Source: Candidatus Gastranaerophilales bacterium
GTDB lineage: Bacteria > Cyanobacteriota > Vampirovibrionia > Gastranaerophilales > Gastranaerophilaceae
DNA: 61,729 nt
Reading direction: 5' to 3'
Assembly: GCA_944325675.1 (NCBI GenBank)
Contig: CALVAZ010000022.1
Coordinates: 1 to 61,729 of the forward strand
In this document: positions 1 through 8,368 of the stretch, piece after piece
How the letters are laid out: every line of letters starts with the position of its first letter
Numbering within the stretch: the first letter of the stretch is position 1
Program-made: the position numbers and the translations under genes
Notes under the pieces: generated by a model
Told to the model about the DNA's origin: nothing
What the model saw: only the letters and a program-made list of their open reading frames with translations
The model's database searches: none

Positions 1-494
1 CAAACAGGCTCTACAGTGCTGAGGTTAATATAGGTCTGACTGACGGCTTAATCCACAGAGATTATATGGATGATGGTGAAGTTTATCACACAATTTTGCA
101 TGAAATAGGGCATGCTATCGGGCTTGGACATAGTCCTTTCCCTAAAGATATCATGTATACTCCTCATCAAAAAGGTATTTTAAATATTTCATATAATGAT
201 GTTTTAACTCTCAATTGGCTCTATACCTTCCCACAAGGGGCAACGGCAAACGATATTGCTTCAAAATATTGTGTAAGCGGCTCTGATATAGATGAATTGG
301 TCGCAAAAATTATGGCAAAACATGCCGGTAGCGCTGTAGAACAACAATCAGTTACCCCCGTAAAAAAAGTTAAGCGGGATTTGTTGGAAGAACAAGAATC
401 TATCGCTAATTTGCGAAAATACCATTTGGCTATACAAAACGTTCACATCCCTGAAGATACTAAAAAGTTCCTTTCAAGGCCAAAAGATGTTTAA
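1..494 (+). CDS. Zinc metalloprotease, metzincin/matrixin-like (5' end lies outside window)
   Basis: Frame of ORF 66..494 stays open back to base 3, so the gene enters from upstream. HEIGHAIGLGH (HExxHxxGxxH) zinc site followed by a Met-turn-like DIMY. Confidence 0.7.
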   Translation, partial: NRLYSAEVNIGLTDGLIHRDYMDDGEVYHTILHEIGHAIGLGHSPFPKDIMYTPHQKGILNISYNDVLTLNWLYTFPQGATANDIASKYCVSGSDIDELVAKIMAKHAGSAVEQQSVTPVKKVKRDLLEEQESIANLRKYHLAIQNVHIPEDTKKFLSRPKDV

Positions 495-1210
495 TCTATT
501 TGATAGTCTATGTAGTATTTTTTGAATAGTTCGTTATAGTAATCTTTGTTTTCAAGAACCTTTTTCTTTGATAGTTCCATATGAACCGAATGGATAAATA
601 GTCCTTGTTGTTCTGCTTTTGACAAAATTTTGGATGCAGCTATGGTGTAACCGTTAAGAATCTTATTGCCAAGAAGTTTTTTAACATCTTCCGAATAACT
701 ACTGTTCAGCAGTAGCTTGGCTTGTTCGGAATATTCTTGCAGCTCGGGGGTTTTGTCATATCTTATTCTATTAAGGTTCATAAATAACTCGTGATCCCAT
801 TCACCTGTGGGGTAAAATCCGAATTTTGTGTGGAATGGTATTGCACTGGGCGCGGAGTTTAATGTTATTTTATCAATGTTGTTTTCCAACATTTCTACAA
901 TATTTGTCAGGTGCATACAAGTCCCAAGTCCATAGCCTTCCATCTCTGAATCCATTTTGTCGATAAAAAGGTGATTTTTTTCGGGATATATCGAAAAATC
1001 CTCCTTTGCAGTTATGCCTATATTATCGTTTGTTAAAAATATTTTATAGTTATTAGGGTTATCTTTTTCTTTTTCAACTAAACTGATGTTATGCATCGTG
1101 TATTCAGAATCGCTTGAGCGGCATATGAAATCGTCCGGAATTTTTACTCCGCTATTGTTTTTTATGTTTAATCCGTAAAAATGCAGTGTGGGTACAAAAT
1201 TAACTTTCAT
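491..1210 (-). CDS. GNAT-fold acetyltransferase-like protein (function unknown)
   Basis: EGYGLGT...ITLNSAPSAIPFHTKFGF resembles GNAT motif A plus the C-terminal xFYxKxGF element. The track start at 1225 is GTG; the first ATG is 1210 (MKVNFVPTLHFYG). The stop overlaps the convergent metzincin stop (TTAA). Confidence 0.45.
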   Translation of the reverse strand: MKVNFVPTLHFYGLNIKNNSGVKIPDDFICRSSDSEYTMHNISLVEKEKDNPNNYKIFLTNDNIGITAKEDFSIYPEKNHLFIDKMDSEMEGYGLGTCMHLTNIVEMLENNIDKITLNSAPSAIPFHTKFGFYPTGEWDHELFMNLNRIRYDKTPELQEYSEQAKLLLNSSYSEDVKKLLGNKILNGYTIAASKILSKAEQQGLFIHSVHMELSKKKVLENKDYYNELFKKYYIDYQID

Positions 1211-1251
1211 AGTATTTTTAAACACTGTGAATGTTAAAATTTGCTACTGTG

Positions 1252-1279
1252 TTGATAAGTTTTATTTTTTGTGTATAAT
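1252..1279 (+). promoter_or_regulatory. Sigma70-type promoter upstream of accD
   Basis: TTGATA (1252-1257), 16 nt spacer, TATAAT (1274-1279), about 45 nt before the accD ATG. Confidence 0.4.
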
Positions 1280-1324
1280 GTTTTTAGAATTTTGTATTTA
1301 GGGATATAAGGAAATTTTAATATT

Positions 1325-2203
1325 ATGACAGTACAAGATTGGTTTGAAAAACGTAAGGAGGCACAAATCCAGCGTCGTGCTTTGGAAGCTAAAGCGGCTC
1401 AGGTCGTTGAAAATCCGGATTTGTGGACTAAATGCGTTCATTGCGATGCGCAATTGTTAAAATCTGATATCGAAGAAAATATGTTTGTTTGTCCTGTTTG
1501 TGATTATCACTTTAGGATAAATGCCAGAACACGTATCAGCCAGTTGTTTGACGAAGGGTCTTTTGAAGAGTTGTTTTCTGAAGTTAAGCCGACTGATCCG
1601 TTGGATTTTGTCGATACGGAACCATATAAAGACAGGCTTAAACGTGCACACGAAAAGACGGGCTTGGATGAGGCTGTCATAACAGGTTTGGGTTCTATCG
1701 AAGGCAATAAAGTTGCAACTGCGATCATGGATTTTGATTTTATGGGCGGTTCAATGGGCAGTGTTGTTGGTGAAAAGGTTACAAGAATTATTGAAAAAGC
1801 AATTGAGCTAAAGTTACCTGTTCTTGCGATTACTTCTTCAGGTGGTGCAAGAATGCAGGAGAGCGCTTTGAGTTTGATGCAGATGGCAAAAACTTCTTGT
1901 GCTTGTGCAAAACTTGATGACGCCGGGCTTTTATATATTAACTTGTTGACAGAACCTACTTTTGGTGGTGTTACGGCAAGTTTTGGTACACTTGGTGATA
2001 TCATTGTTGCAGAACAAGGTGCAAGAATCGGTTTTGCAGGCAGACGTGTTATTGAACAGACTATCAGACAGAAACTTCCTTCAGATTTCCAAACTGCGGA
2101 ATATTTGTTGAAATATGGTCAGGTGGATGTTGTCTCTGCACGTAAGGATTTGAGAAAAACGTTGGCAAATATTTTGTCAATGCATTGTGCAAATGTTGAT
2201 TAG
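1325..2203 (+). CDS. accD: Acetyl-CoA carboxylase carboxyltransferase beta subunit
   Basis: N-terminal Cys4 zinc ribbon (CVHCDA...CPVCDYH) and the carboxyltransferase core GGSMGSVVGEK...SGGARMQE. Confidence 0.95.
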   Translation: MTVQDWFEKRKEAQIQRRALEAKAAQVVENPDLWTKCVHCDAQLLKSDIEENMFVCPVCDYHFRINARTRISQLFDEGSFEELFSEVKPTDPLDFVDTEPYKDRLKRAHEKTGLDEAVITGLGSIEGNKVATAIMDFDFMGGSMGSVVGEKVTRIIEKAIELKLPVLAITSSGGARMQESALSLMQMAKTSCACAKLDDAGLLYINLLTEPTFGGVTASFGTLGDIIVAEQGARIGFAGRRVIEQTIRQKLPSDFQTAEYLLKYGQVDVVSARKDLRKTLANILSMHCANVD

Positions 2204-2214
2204 TTGAGGTAAAA

Positions 2215-3168
2215 ATGGCTACGATTTTGGATTTTGAAAAGCCTATAATGGAAATTCAGGAAAAGATAGAGGAACTAAAAAAAATAAGTTTGGAGTCCGG
2301 CATGGATTTAGATAAGGAAATTGAAACTTTTGAACAACAGGCGGATGATTACAGAAAAGAGTTGTATTCTAATCTTAAGCCGTCACAAAAAATGCAAATT
2401 GCCAGACACCCTGAAAGACCTAATTTTCTTGATTATGTCAATTTGATATGTCAGGATTTTGTAGAGCTTCATGGTGATAGAGAAGGCATGGACGATAGAG
2501 CCATAATCGGTGGTCTTGCAAAAATTGACGGACGTCCTGTTATGATTATCGGCACAATGAAGGGTAAATCTACCAAGGAAAACCTTGAATATAATTTCGG
2601 TATGCCGCAGCCCGAAGGTTATCGTAAGGCTTTAAGACTTTTTAAACATGCAAACAAGTTTAATATTCCTATTGTAACTATTATTGATACTCCGGGAGCT
2701 TATCCGGGTATAAGTGCGGAAGAAAAGGGTCAAGGTTCGGCTATTGCGGTTAATTTACGCGAAATGGCAAAGTTGGAAGTTCCGGTTATCGCTATTATAT
2801 CTGGTGAAGGTTGTTCGGGCGGTGCTTTGGGGCTCGCTGTTGCAAATAAAGTTTATTTGCTTGAACATGCTTATTATACGGTTATTTCACCGGAAGGTTG
2901 TGCTTCTATTCTTTGGCGTGACGCCTCTAAAAACAACGAGGCTGCTGAAGCATTGAAGATTACGGCCCCTGATTTGTTGAAGCACGATATTATTGACGGT
3001 GCAATTAAGGAGCCTATTGGCGGTGCTCACTCAAATTATGAATTTACAGCTGAGGAGATGAAAAGGACAATCCTTTCTGCATTACAGGAATTGGATGCTA
3101 TGTCAGGTGCTGAATTGAAATCCCAGCGTTATGAAAAATTCAGAAAAATGGGTGCTTTCCTTGAGTGA
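2215..3168 (+). CDS. accA: Acetyl-CoA carboxylase carboxyltransferase alpha subunit
   Basis: ARHPERP, IIDTPGAYPG and GEGCSGGALG motifs; lies directly after accD. Confidence 0.95.
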   Translation: MATILDFEKPIMEIQEKIEELKKISLESGMDLDKEIETFEQQADDYRKELYSNLKPSQKMQIARHPERPNFLDYVNLICQDFVELHGDREGMDDRAIIGGLAKIDGRPVMIIGTMKGKSTKENLEYNFGMPQPEGYRKALRLFKHANKFNIPIVTIIDTPGAYPGISAEEKGQGSAIAVNLREMAKLEVPVIAIISGEGCSGGALGLAVANKVYLLEHAYYTVISPEGCASILWRDASKNNEAAEALKITAPDLLKHDIIDGAIKEPIGGAHSNYEFTAEEMKRTILSALQELDAMSGAELKSQRYEKFRKMGAFLE

Positions 3169-3178
3169 GGTTCCTGTA

Positions 3179-4108
3179 ATGGATTGTGTTAAAAGTTCTG
3201 ATGGTAAGTCCTTTGGGGTTTATTATGAGTTGTTTTTAAAGATTAATCCGGAGATGGCAGATGTTATTTCGGAAATTTGTTTTGAAAATCTGCCTTGTGA
3301 GGGTGTTATTCTTGCTGAGGAAGAATATAAAGACCTTGAGATGGTATCTACTACGGAAGGGACTTTGAAGATTTTTCTGACTGATAGAGTTGATGTTAAA
3401 AGTGTTTTATCTGATCAAAGAGATTTGTTAAAATCAAGAGGATTTTCTGATGCGGATTTGGGGTCTTGGGAGTATTCTTTTGAAGAAAAAGAAAATCAGG
3501 ATTGGTCACAAAAGTGGAAAGAAAAATGGGATGTGACACATGTTTCCGATAAAATTACGGTTGTGCCTGATTGGATTGAGTATACTCCAAAAGCTAAAGA
3601 CGAAGTCATTATAAAATTAGAGCCGGGGTGTGCTTTTGGTACGGGTACTCATGCAACAACACAATTATGCATGTTGGCTATTGAAAAATATCTCAAAAAA
3701 CAAGATGTGGTTGCTGATATTGGTATGGGCTCGGGAATTTTGGCTATATGTGCTAAAAAATTCGGTGCGAGGTATGTTTACGGCTGCGATAATGATGAAA
3801 CAGTTATTGATGTTGCAAAAGAAAATGCTCATAAAAATGGTGTTGAATGTAAATTTGAATTAAATACGGCTGATAAAATTAGTGAAAAATTTGATTTTGT
3901 TCTTGCAAATATCTTGCATAATGTTTTGGCTGAAATTATGCCGGATTTAAAAAATATTATGAAAGATGGTGGAATACTCGTTTTGAGTGGTATATTAGAT
4001 GAGAAAAAACAAGTGGTTCTTGATGCTATCAAAAAATGTGGTTTAATATTAGTGGAAGAAAATCATATGAGTCAATGGACTTCATTTATTGTAAGGAGAG
4101 GAAAATGA
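3179..4108 (+). CDS. prmA: Ribosomal protein L11 methyltransferase
   Basis: PGCAFGTGTHATTQLC and the SAM motif DIGMGSGILAI. Start chosen at ATG 3179 (GAGTGAGG 9 nt upstream) rather than 3131, which overlaps accA. Confidence 0.85.
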   Translation: MDCVKSSDGKSFGVYYELFLKINPEMADVISEICFENLPCEGVILAEEEYKDLEMVSTTEGTLKIFLTDRVDVKSVLSDQRDLLKSRGFSDADLGSWEYSFEEKENQDWSQKWKEKWDVTHVSDKITVVPDWIEYTPKAKDEVIIKLEPGCAFGTGTHATTQLCMLAIEKYLKKQDVVADIGMGSGILAICAKKFGARYVYGCDNDETVIDVAKENAHKNGVECKFELNTADKISEKFDFVLANILHNVLAEIMPDLKNIMKDGGILVLSGILDEKKQVVLDAIKKCGLILVEENHMSQWTSFIVRRGK

Positions 4109-4842
4109 CGGGCAGCACAGCAATTATAATTCCGGCACGTTACGGTTCAAGCAGATTAAAGGGAAAACCGTTAATTGAGGTTAACGGAAAACCTATTATA
4201 CAGTGGGTGTTTGAAAAGGCAGTCAAATCAGCCTTGGCAGACAGGGTTATTATTGCAACTGATAATGATGAAATTCTATCAACCTGTCTTATGTTTGGCG
4301 CGGAAGCGGAAATGACTTCCGAAGCTCATAATTGCGGAAGTGACAGAATCCAAGAGGTTATGGAGCGTCACCCTGAGATTTCTTATGTTGTCAATCTTCA
4401 AGGAGATGAGCCTTTGATAATACCTGAAAGTATTGATGAAGTTATCCGAAATGTCAAAGAAGATCCAAATGCTGATATATCAACGCTTATAAGGGTTTTG
4501 CGTGACAAAAAAGATATTGAAAATCCAAATTTGGTAAAGTGTGTTGTTGATAATAACGGTTATGCGTTGTATTTTTCACGCTCGAAGATACCTTTTGAAC
4601 GTAATGAGGGACACGCAACATTTTACGGTCATTTGGGAATATACGGGTATAAAAGGGAAGCCCTTGAGCGTATGACAAAGTTGCCGCAAACAACTTTGGA
4701 ACTTTCAGAAAGTTTGGAGCAGTTGAGAGCTTTGCAAAATGGTATGAAAATTAAAACAAGTGTTGTTGATTTCACACCTGTCGGGATTGATACGGTTGAG
4801 GATCTCGAAAAATTCCGTAAGATTATCGCTTCTCAATTATAA
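4105..4842 (+). CDS. kdsB: 3-deoxy-manno-octulosonate cytidylyltransferase (CMP-Kdo synthetase)
   Basis: AIIIPARYGSSRLKGKPL N-terminus, NLQGDEP and EQLRALQNG motifs. ATG 4105 follows AGGAGAGG and overlaps the prmA stop (ATGA). Confidence 0.9.
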   Translation: MTGSTAIIIPARYGSSRLKGKPLIEVNGKPIIQWVFEKAVKSALADRVIIATDNDEILSTCLMFGAEAEMTSEAHNCGSDRIQEVMERHPEISYVVNLQGDEPLIIPESIDEVIRNVKEDPNADISTLIRVLRDKKDIENPNLVKCVVDNNGYALYFSRSKIPFERNEGHATFYGHLGIYGYKREALERMTKLPQTTLELSESLEQLRALQNGMKIKTSVVDFTPVGIDTVEDLEKFRKIIASQL

Positions 4843-4870
4843 AAATTCCGTAGTTTTTTACAAAAAGTAC

Positions 4871-4899
4871 TTGCAATTTTTCTTTACTTAGGTTAATAT
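4871..4899 (+). promoter_or_regulatory. Sigma70-type promoter upstream of the response regulator gene
   Basis: TTGCAA (4871-4876), 17 nt spacer, TAATAT (4894-4899). Confidence 0.4.
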
Positions 4900-4986
4900 A
4901 TCGTTATAAAAATACAAAAAAATATATAATTTGTAATATTTTTTTAAAGTTAGTGGTGTAAGATTTATAAATGTAAGGAAAAGACT

Positions 4987-5736
4987 ATGACAGAAAATGC
5001 TGAAATGCCTAATGAAACAGAAGATCGTCAACGTATATTGTTGGCTGACGATGAAGCAAGTATCAGACGTATTTTGGAAACTCGTTTAAAAATGGCCGGA
5101 TACGATGTTTATACCGCTCAAGACGGTGAAGAAACCGTTAATGCTTTTAATAAGTATAATCCTGATTTGGTTGTATTGGATGTTATGATGCCTAAGATGG
5201 ATGGCTACGGTGTTACAAGAGAAATAAGAAGAACTTCGGATGTTCCTATTATTATCCTTACAGCATTAGGCGATGTTTCAGAAAGAATTACCGGTTTGGA
5301 ATTGGGTGCTGATGATTATGTCATCAAGCCTTTCAGTCCGAAAGAATTGGAGGCTCGTGTAAAAGCTGTTTTAAGACGTACAAATAACAGAGAAGCAGCT
5401 GCGCCTACCGGAAAGGTTACTAAGAATGTTATTACAACAGGTAATATAAAAATTGATACGGCACGTCGTCAAGTATTCAGAAAGAATGAACGTATCAGAT
5501 TGACAGGAATGGAATTCAGCTTGTTAGAATTGTTGGTAAATAATTCAGGTCAAGCATTCTCAAGAAACGAGATATTGCAGCATGTTTGGGCATATCCGCC
5601 TGATCACAGAATTGATACAAGGGTTGTTGATGTACATATTTCAAGATTGCGTTCAAAACTTGAAACTGACCCAGCAAATCCGGAATTGATATTAACAGCT
5701 CGCGGCATAGGGTATATGTTTCAGCGTATAAGCTAG
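4987..5736 (+). CDS. rpaB: OmpR-family response regulator, RpaB/Ycf27-like
   Basis: The receiver and winged-helix domains match my recollection of cyanobacterial RpaB almost block for block: DDEASIRRILETRL, PDLVVLDVMMPKMDGYGV, DVPIIILTALGDV, ITGLELGADDYVIKPFSPKELEAR, RIRLTGMEFSLLELL, DTRVVDVHISRLRSKLE, NPELILTARGIGY. Confidence 0.8.
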   Translation: MTENAEMPNETEDRQRILLADDEASIRRILETRLKMAGYDVYTAQDGEETVNAFNKYNPDLVVLDVMMPKMDGYGVTREIRRTSDVPIIILTALGDVSERITGLELGADDYVIKPFSPKELEARVKAVLRRTNNREAAAPTGKVTKNVITTGNIKIDTARRQVFRKNERIRLTGMEFSLLELLVNNSGQAFSRNEILQHVWAYPPDHRIDTRVVDVHISRLRSKLETDPANPELILTARGIGYMFQRIS

Positions 5737-5754
5737 ATAAAATGTAGAAGGTAG

Positions 5755-5786
5755 AAAGTCCCGGTTAAAAATCGGGACTTTTTTAT
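5755..5786 (+). terminator. Rho-independent terminator after the response regulator gene
   Basis: AAAGTCCCG / CGGGACTTT 9-bp stem, 9-nt loop, followed by a T-run. Confidence 0.6.
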
Positions 5787-5837
5787 ATAAAAAGCCTTGA
5801 TTTAGATAATGTTTATGTTAAGATTAAATATGTTGAT

Positions 5838-5914
5838 GGCGCCTGTCGTCAAGCGGTTAAGACCTCGGATTGTGGTTCCGATATGCATGGGTTCGAATCC
5901 CATCAGGCGCCCCA
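5838..5914 (+). tRNA. tRNA-His (GTG anticodon)
   Basis: Cloverleaf folded by hand. Extra G-1 (5838) pairs with discriminator C. Acceptor GCGCCTG/CAGGCGC, anticodon stem TCGGA/TCCGA with loop TTGTGGT, T-arm ATGGG-TTCGAAT-CCCAT, encoded CCA. Confidence 0.9.
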
Positions 5915-5920
5915 TTTATT

Positions 5921-5948
5921 AAAAGGCGTTTTTAAAACGTCTTTTTTT
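5921..5948. terminator. Weak bidirectional hairpin terminator after tRNA-His
   Basis: A-run, GGCGTT/AACGTC stem (one G-T pair), then 7 T; lies between convergent transcription units. Confidence 0.35.
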
Positions 5949-6033
5949 ATGCAAAAGTGAGCCTGAGGTATTCTCACAAAGTTTGGCTATTACCAAACGG
6001 GTTCTCCCCTTCTTTCAAGAACGTAAATGCGTT

Positions 6034-6723
6034 TTAGCTTAAAACTTTTGATACTTGAACGAAAATATTTTTATCAATCTGGTCAAAATCGGTAATAATT
6101 TGTGAAACGCCAGGAACATTTTTGTAAAATTCTTTTGGTTCGCGTGAAGCTATCGCGATAATTTTACCGATATTTGCACGTTTGGCGGCTTCTATTCCTG
6201 ATAGTGCATCTTCAATGACAATACATTCTTGTGGTATAAGCCCTAAATTTTTTGCAGCAATTTCATATATATCAGGTGCGGGTTTGCCGGGTATTTTACC
6301 GTTTGAGTATACAATTTTATCCAAATCAAACCAGCGGGATAAATTAAATTCTTTTATGTAAAATTCCACATTACTCCATTCTGACATAGTTGCGATTGTC
6401 ATTGGAATGTTGTTTTCTTTTAAATAATCCAAAAAATTCTCAGCATGTGGGGCTAGTTTAAACTCCTCGGGTTTTTTAAGGCACATATTTCTATAATATG
6501 ACTCTTTTTCTTCTGCTAATTTTTCAACAAGTTCCTTATCAGGTTTTTTCCCGATTGCATAAGCTATAATATCTTCGTTTGTTCTGCCGAACATATATTT
6601 TAGCATCTCATCATCGCTGAAGGGGATTTCTCTTAATTTGGCTGAAAACTCACGCCAAGCATCAAGGTGCAGTTGGGAATCCCAAAACAATGTTCCGTTA
6701 AAATCAAATATTATACCTCTCAT
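6034..6723 (-). CDS. HAD-superfamily hydrolase (beta-phosphoglucomutase/phosphatase-like)
   Basis: Motif I FDFNGTL, motif II region IATMS, motif III/IV GKPAPD...IEDALSGIEAAKRA. Confidence 0.8.
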   Translation of the reverse strand: MRGIIFDFNGTLFWDSQLHLDAWREFSAKLREIPFSDDEMLKYMFGRTNEDIIAYAIGKKPDKELVEKLAEEKESYYRNMCLKKPEEFKLAPHAENFLDYLKENNIPMTIATMSEWSNVEFYIKEFNLSRWFDLDKIVYSNGKIPGKPAPDIYEIAAKNLGLIPQECIVIEDALSGIEAAKRANIGKIIAIASREPKEFYKNVPGVSQIITDFDQIDKNIFVQVSKVLS

Positions 6724-7299
6724 TTATTGCCCTCGTTCAATAAGTTTGTTATAAAAATCTAAATATGTTTTTGCCTGTTTTTCTTTATTTAATTGTTTAA
6801 AAGTATATGCTAAGTTATAGTGAAAATCCGGTACCTGATTATTTAGGTCAATTGCCTTGTAGAATTCCCATTTTGCTGATTTCACTTTCCCTATTTTTAA
6901 ATATGCACATCCTAAATTATAATATCCGTATGCGAAATCAGGGTTATATTTTACGGCCTTTTTATAGGATTGAATTGCTAAATTGGGTTTGTCTTGTAAC
7001 ATGTAAATATTTCCAAGATTATAATGTGCTTTGTAATATTTTTCGTTGATGGATATAGCACGATTGTACATAAATGCGGCGTCATCTAGCTTGCCTTCAT
7101 CCTGAAGAATATTGCCCATTAAAAGCCAGTTCTGTGAGGTGCGTTCTTCTTCTGGAATGCTCAAAATAAGATTAAACGCCTCTTTTATGTTGTTTTCGGC
7201 GTATAATATATTAATTTGATCATTTTTTGTTGAATCCGCACAGCAAATACTTATGTTAAAAAGCAGTATTGCTAGTATTATAATTATTTTCTTTCTCAT
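6724..7299 (-). CDS. TPR-repeat lipoprotein
   Basis: MRKKIIIILAILLFNISICC signal peptide with a lipobox-like ISIC. Several 34-aa TPR units (AHYNLGNIYMLQDKPNLAIQSYKKAVKYNPDFAYGYYNLG...). The stop abuts the ATG of the HAD gene. Confidence 0.75.
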   Translation of the reverse strand: MRKKIIIILAILLFNISICCADSTKNDQINILYAENNIKEAFNLILSIPEEERTSQNWLLMGNILQDEGKLDDAAFMYNRAISINEKYYKAHYNLGNIYMLQDKPNLAIQSYKKAVKYNPDFAYGYYNLGCAYLKIGKVKSAKWEFYKAIDLNNQVPDFHYNLAYTFKQLNKEKQAKTYLDFYNKLIERGQ

Positions 7300-7305
7300 A
7301 ATGAA

Positions 7306-7334
7306 ATTATATACTAAAAAATTTGCTTCATCAA
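7306..7334 (-). promoter_or_regulatory. Sigma70-type promoter placed for a leaderless transcript of the TPR lipoprotein gene
   Basis: Minus strand reads TTGATG-17 nt-TATAAT-ttcatt-ATG. The -10 ends 6 nt before the start codon and there is no SD. Confidence 0.45.
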
Positions 7335-7426
7335 TTTGACTTTTTAAAAACGTATTTCATAATGTTGGTGATGTCTCTTTTACTGATATATTTCCCGTGG
7401 CTTACTCCTTGCCGCGGGAATTCTTT

Positions 7427-7456
7427 GTAAAAAAAGGTCGGTTAAATTAACCGACC
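7427..7456 (-). terminator. Rho-independent terminator of gene 7505..8278
   Basis: Palindrome AGGTCGGTTAA-A-TTAACCGACCT followed on the minus strand by a T-run (A-run 7427-7434 on plus). Confidence 0.6.
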
Positions 7457-7504
7457 TGCTACACACATTATATCTACACACTTTTACGATTTAAGGGTTC
7501 TAAT

Positions 7505-8278
7505 TTATTTACTTCCGAAAATTGCTGCCGTTGCTGCTGCGGCACCTACGATACTTGCATATATCCAACCGCATTTCGGAACTTTTTTCAACCAGCCGAG
7601 ATGTTTTGCAAGGAATAATCCACCTCCGGCTATCGCGGCACCGCCTGTTGCAAGACCGCCGGTTTCTTTAAACTTATCCCAACGGCTTACCGGTTGTCCT
7701 GTAATTCGAGAGATATTATCTTCCGGTGTCGTTGAGTTATACAAACCAAAAGTTAATCCTTTATACAAGCCGTGAGTGAAATTATCATGACCGTATTTTC
7801 TCAAGTCATCCGTTATCGTTGAATTGTACAATTGTTGATAATTGCTTTTTGCTCTTGCAATTATGTTCTTTTCTGATTCTCCGGGATATTTTGCGGCAAC
7901 TGCTTCTATAAATGATTTATAGGCTAGTTGTACCTGTTCCTGTTCATTTGCAACGATTTTTTCATTCAATACAGATGCGGCATTTCGAATAGCTTCATCC
8001 GTACCGTTTATTCTTAACTCGTTACGACGTTGATTTTCTACCATTTGTAAATTGTAGTCGGATGTGAAATTTAAATAATCTTTCATATTATTGAAGTACG
8101 TATCATAATTTGATCCGCCTCCGAATGTTGGCATGAAAGGCATCATACCGCCACCGAATATACTTCCATACATTCCCATTGGATTATAATCCATGTCGTA
8201 TAGATTGCCGAGTGCTGTTTGGTTTACGTAGCTACCATACATAGGATACATATTGCCCAATGCTGCTATGCCGTCCAT
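7505..8278 (-). CDS. Hypothetical membrane protein with M/G/Y/N-rich low-complexity N-terminus
   Basis: ATG 8278 is preceded by GGAGG at 8 nt (the track start 8293 is TTG). The C-terminus has two Gly/Ala-rich hydrophobic segments. No recognisable family. Confidence 0.6.
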   Translation of the reverse strand: MDGIAALGNMYPMYGSYVNQTALGNLYDMDYNPMGMYGSIFGGGMMPFMPTFGGGSNYDTYFNNMKDYLNFTSDYNLQMVENQRRNELRINGTDEAIRNAASVLNEKIVANEQEQVQLAYKSFIEAVAAKYPGESEKNIIARAKSNYQQLYNSTITDDLRKYGHDNFTHGLYKGLTFGLYNSTTPEDNISRITGQPVSRWDKFKETGGLATGGAAIAGGGLFLAKHLGWLKKVPKCGWIYASIVGAAAATAAIFGSK

Positions 8279-8368
8279 ATTCCTAACCTCCAAATTGAGT
8301 TTACTAACCTACCTTACCTATATAAAAAATTTCTGTATTACTAAATTGCTTTATTGGAAGAAAAATGC

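Noticed and set aside
1507-2004. Long antisense or alternate-frame ORFs in the track. Examples: 1507..2004 and 1457..1651 in accD, 21582..21914 in the AAA+ gene, 14497..14946 in the DUF2229 gene, 27043..27411 and 27471..27806 in dnaX, 50697..51002 in atpA, and 60964..61269 in glgC.
   Set aside because: Each lies entirely inside a gene with unmistakable conserved motifs on the other strand or frame, and each has low-complexity, stop-avoiding composition. They are treated as shadow ORFs.
3131-3178. Upstream-extended starts given in the track at 3131, 4036, 17109, 35807, 43034, 43749, 57686..58126, 8293, 1225, 32946 and 59595.
   Set aside because: Most of these use TTG or GTG; 3131 and 4036 were rejected on position alone. 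Each overlaps the preceding or divergent gene or adds non-conserved residues. An in-frame ATG lies downstream in each case, usually behind a GGAG-type SD. Where there is no SD (1210, 58042, 32910), the ATG was chosen because it avoids overlapping the neighbouring gene or is the first in-frame ATG. The shorter models were used.
5838-6033. tRNA-His as an integration hotspot marking a genomic island.
   Set aside because: There is no integrase and no direct repeat of the tRNA 3' end downstream. The neighbouring HAD and TPR genes have the same composition as the rest of the window.
7392-7420. GC-rich hairpin TTCCCGTGG-11 nt-CCGCGGGAA in the AT-rich spacer, considered as a small RNA or regulatory element.
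   Set aside because: It sits next to the 7427..7456 terminator of the upstream minus-strand gene and may simply be a second, tandem terminator hairpin. No flanking promoter or conserved structure could be discerned.
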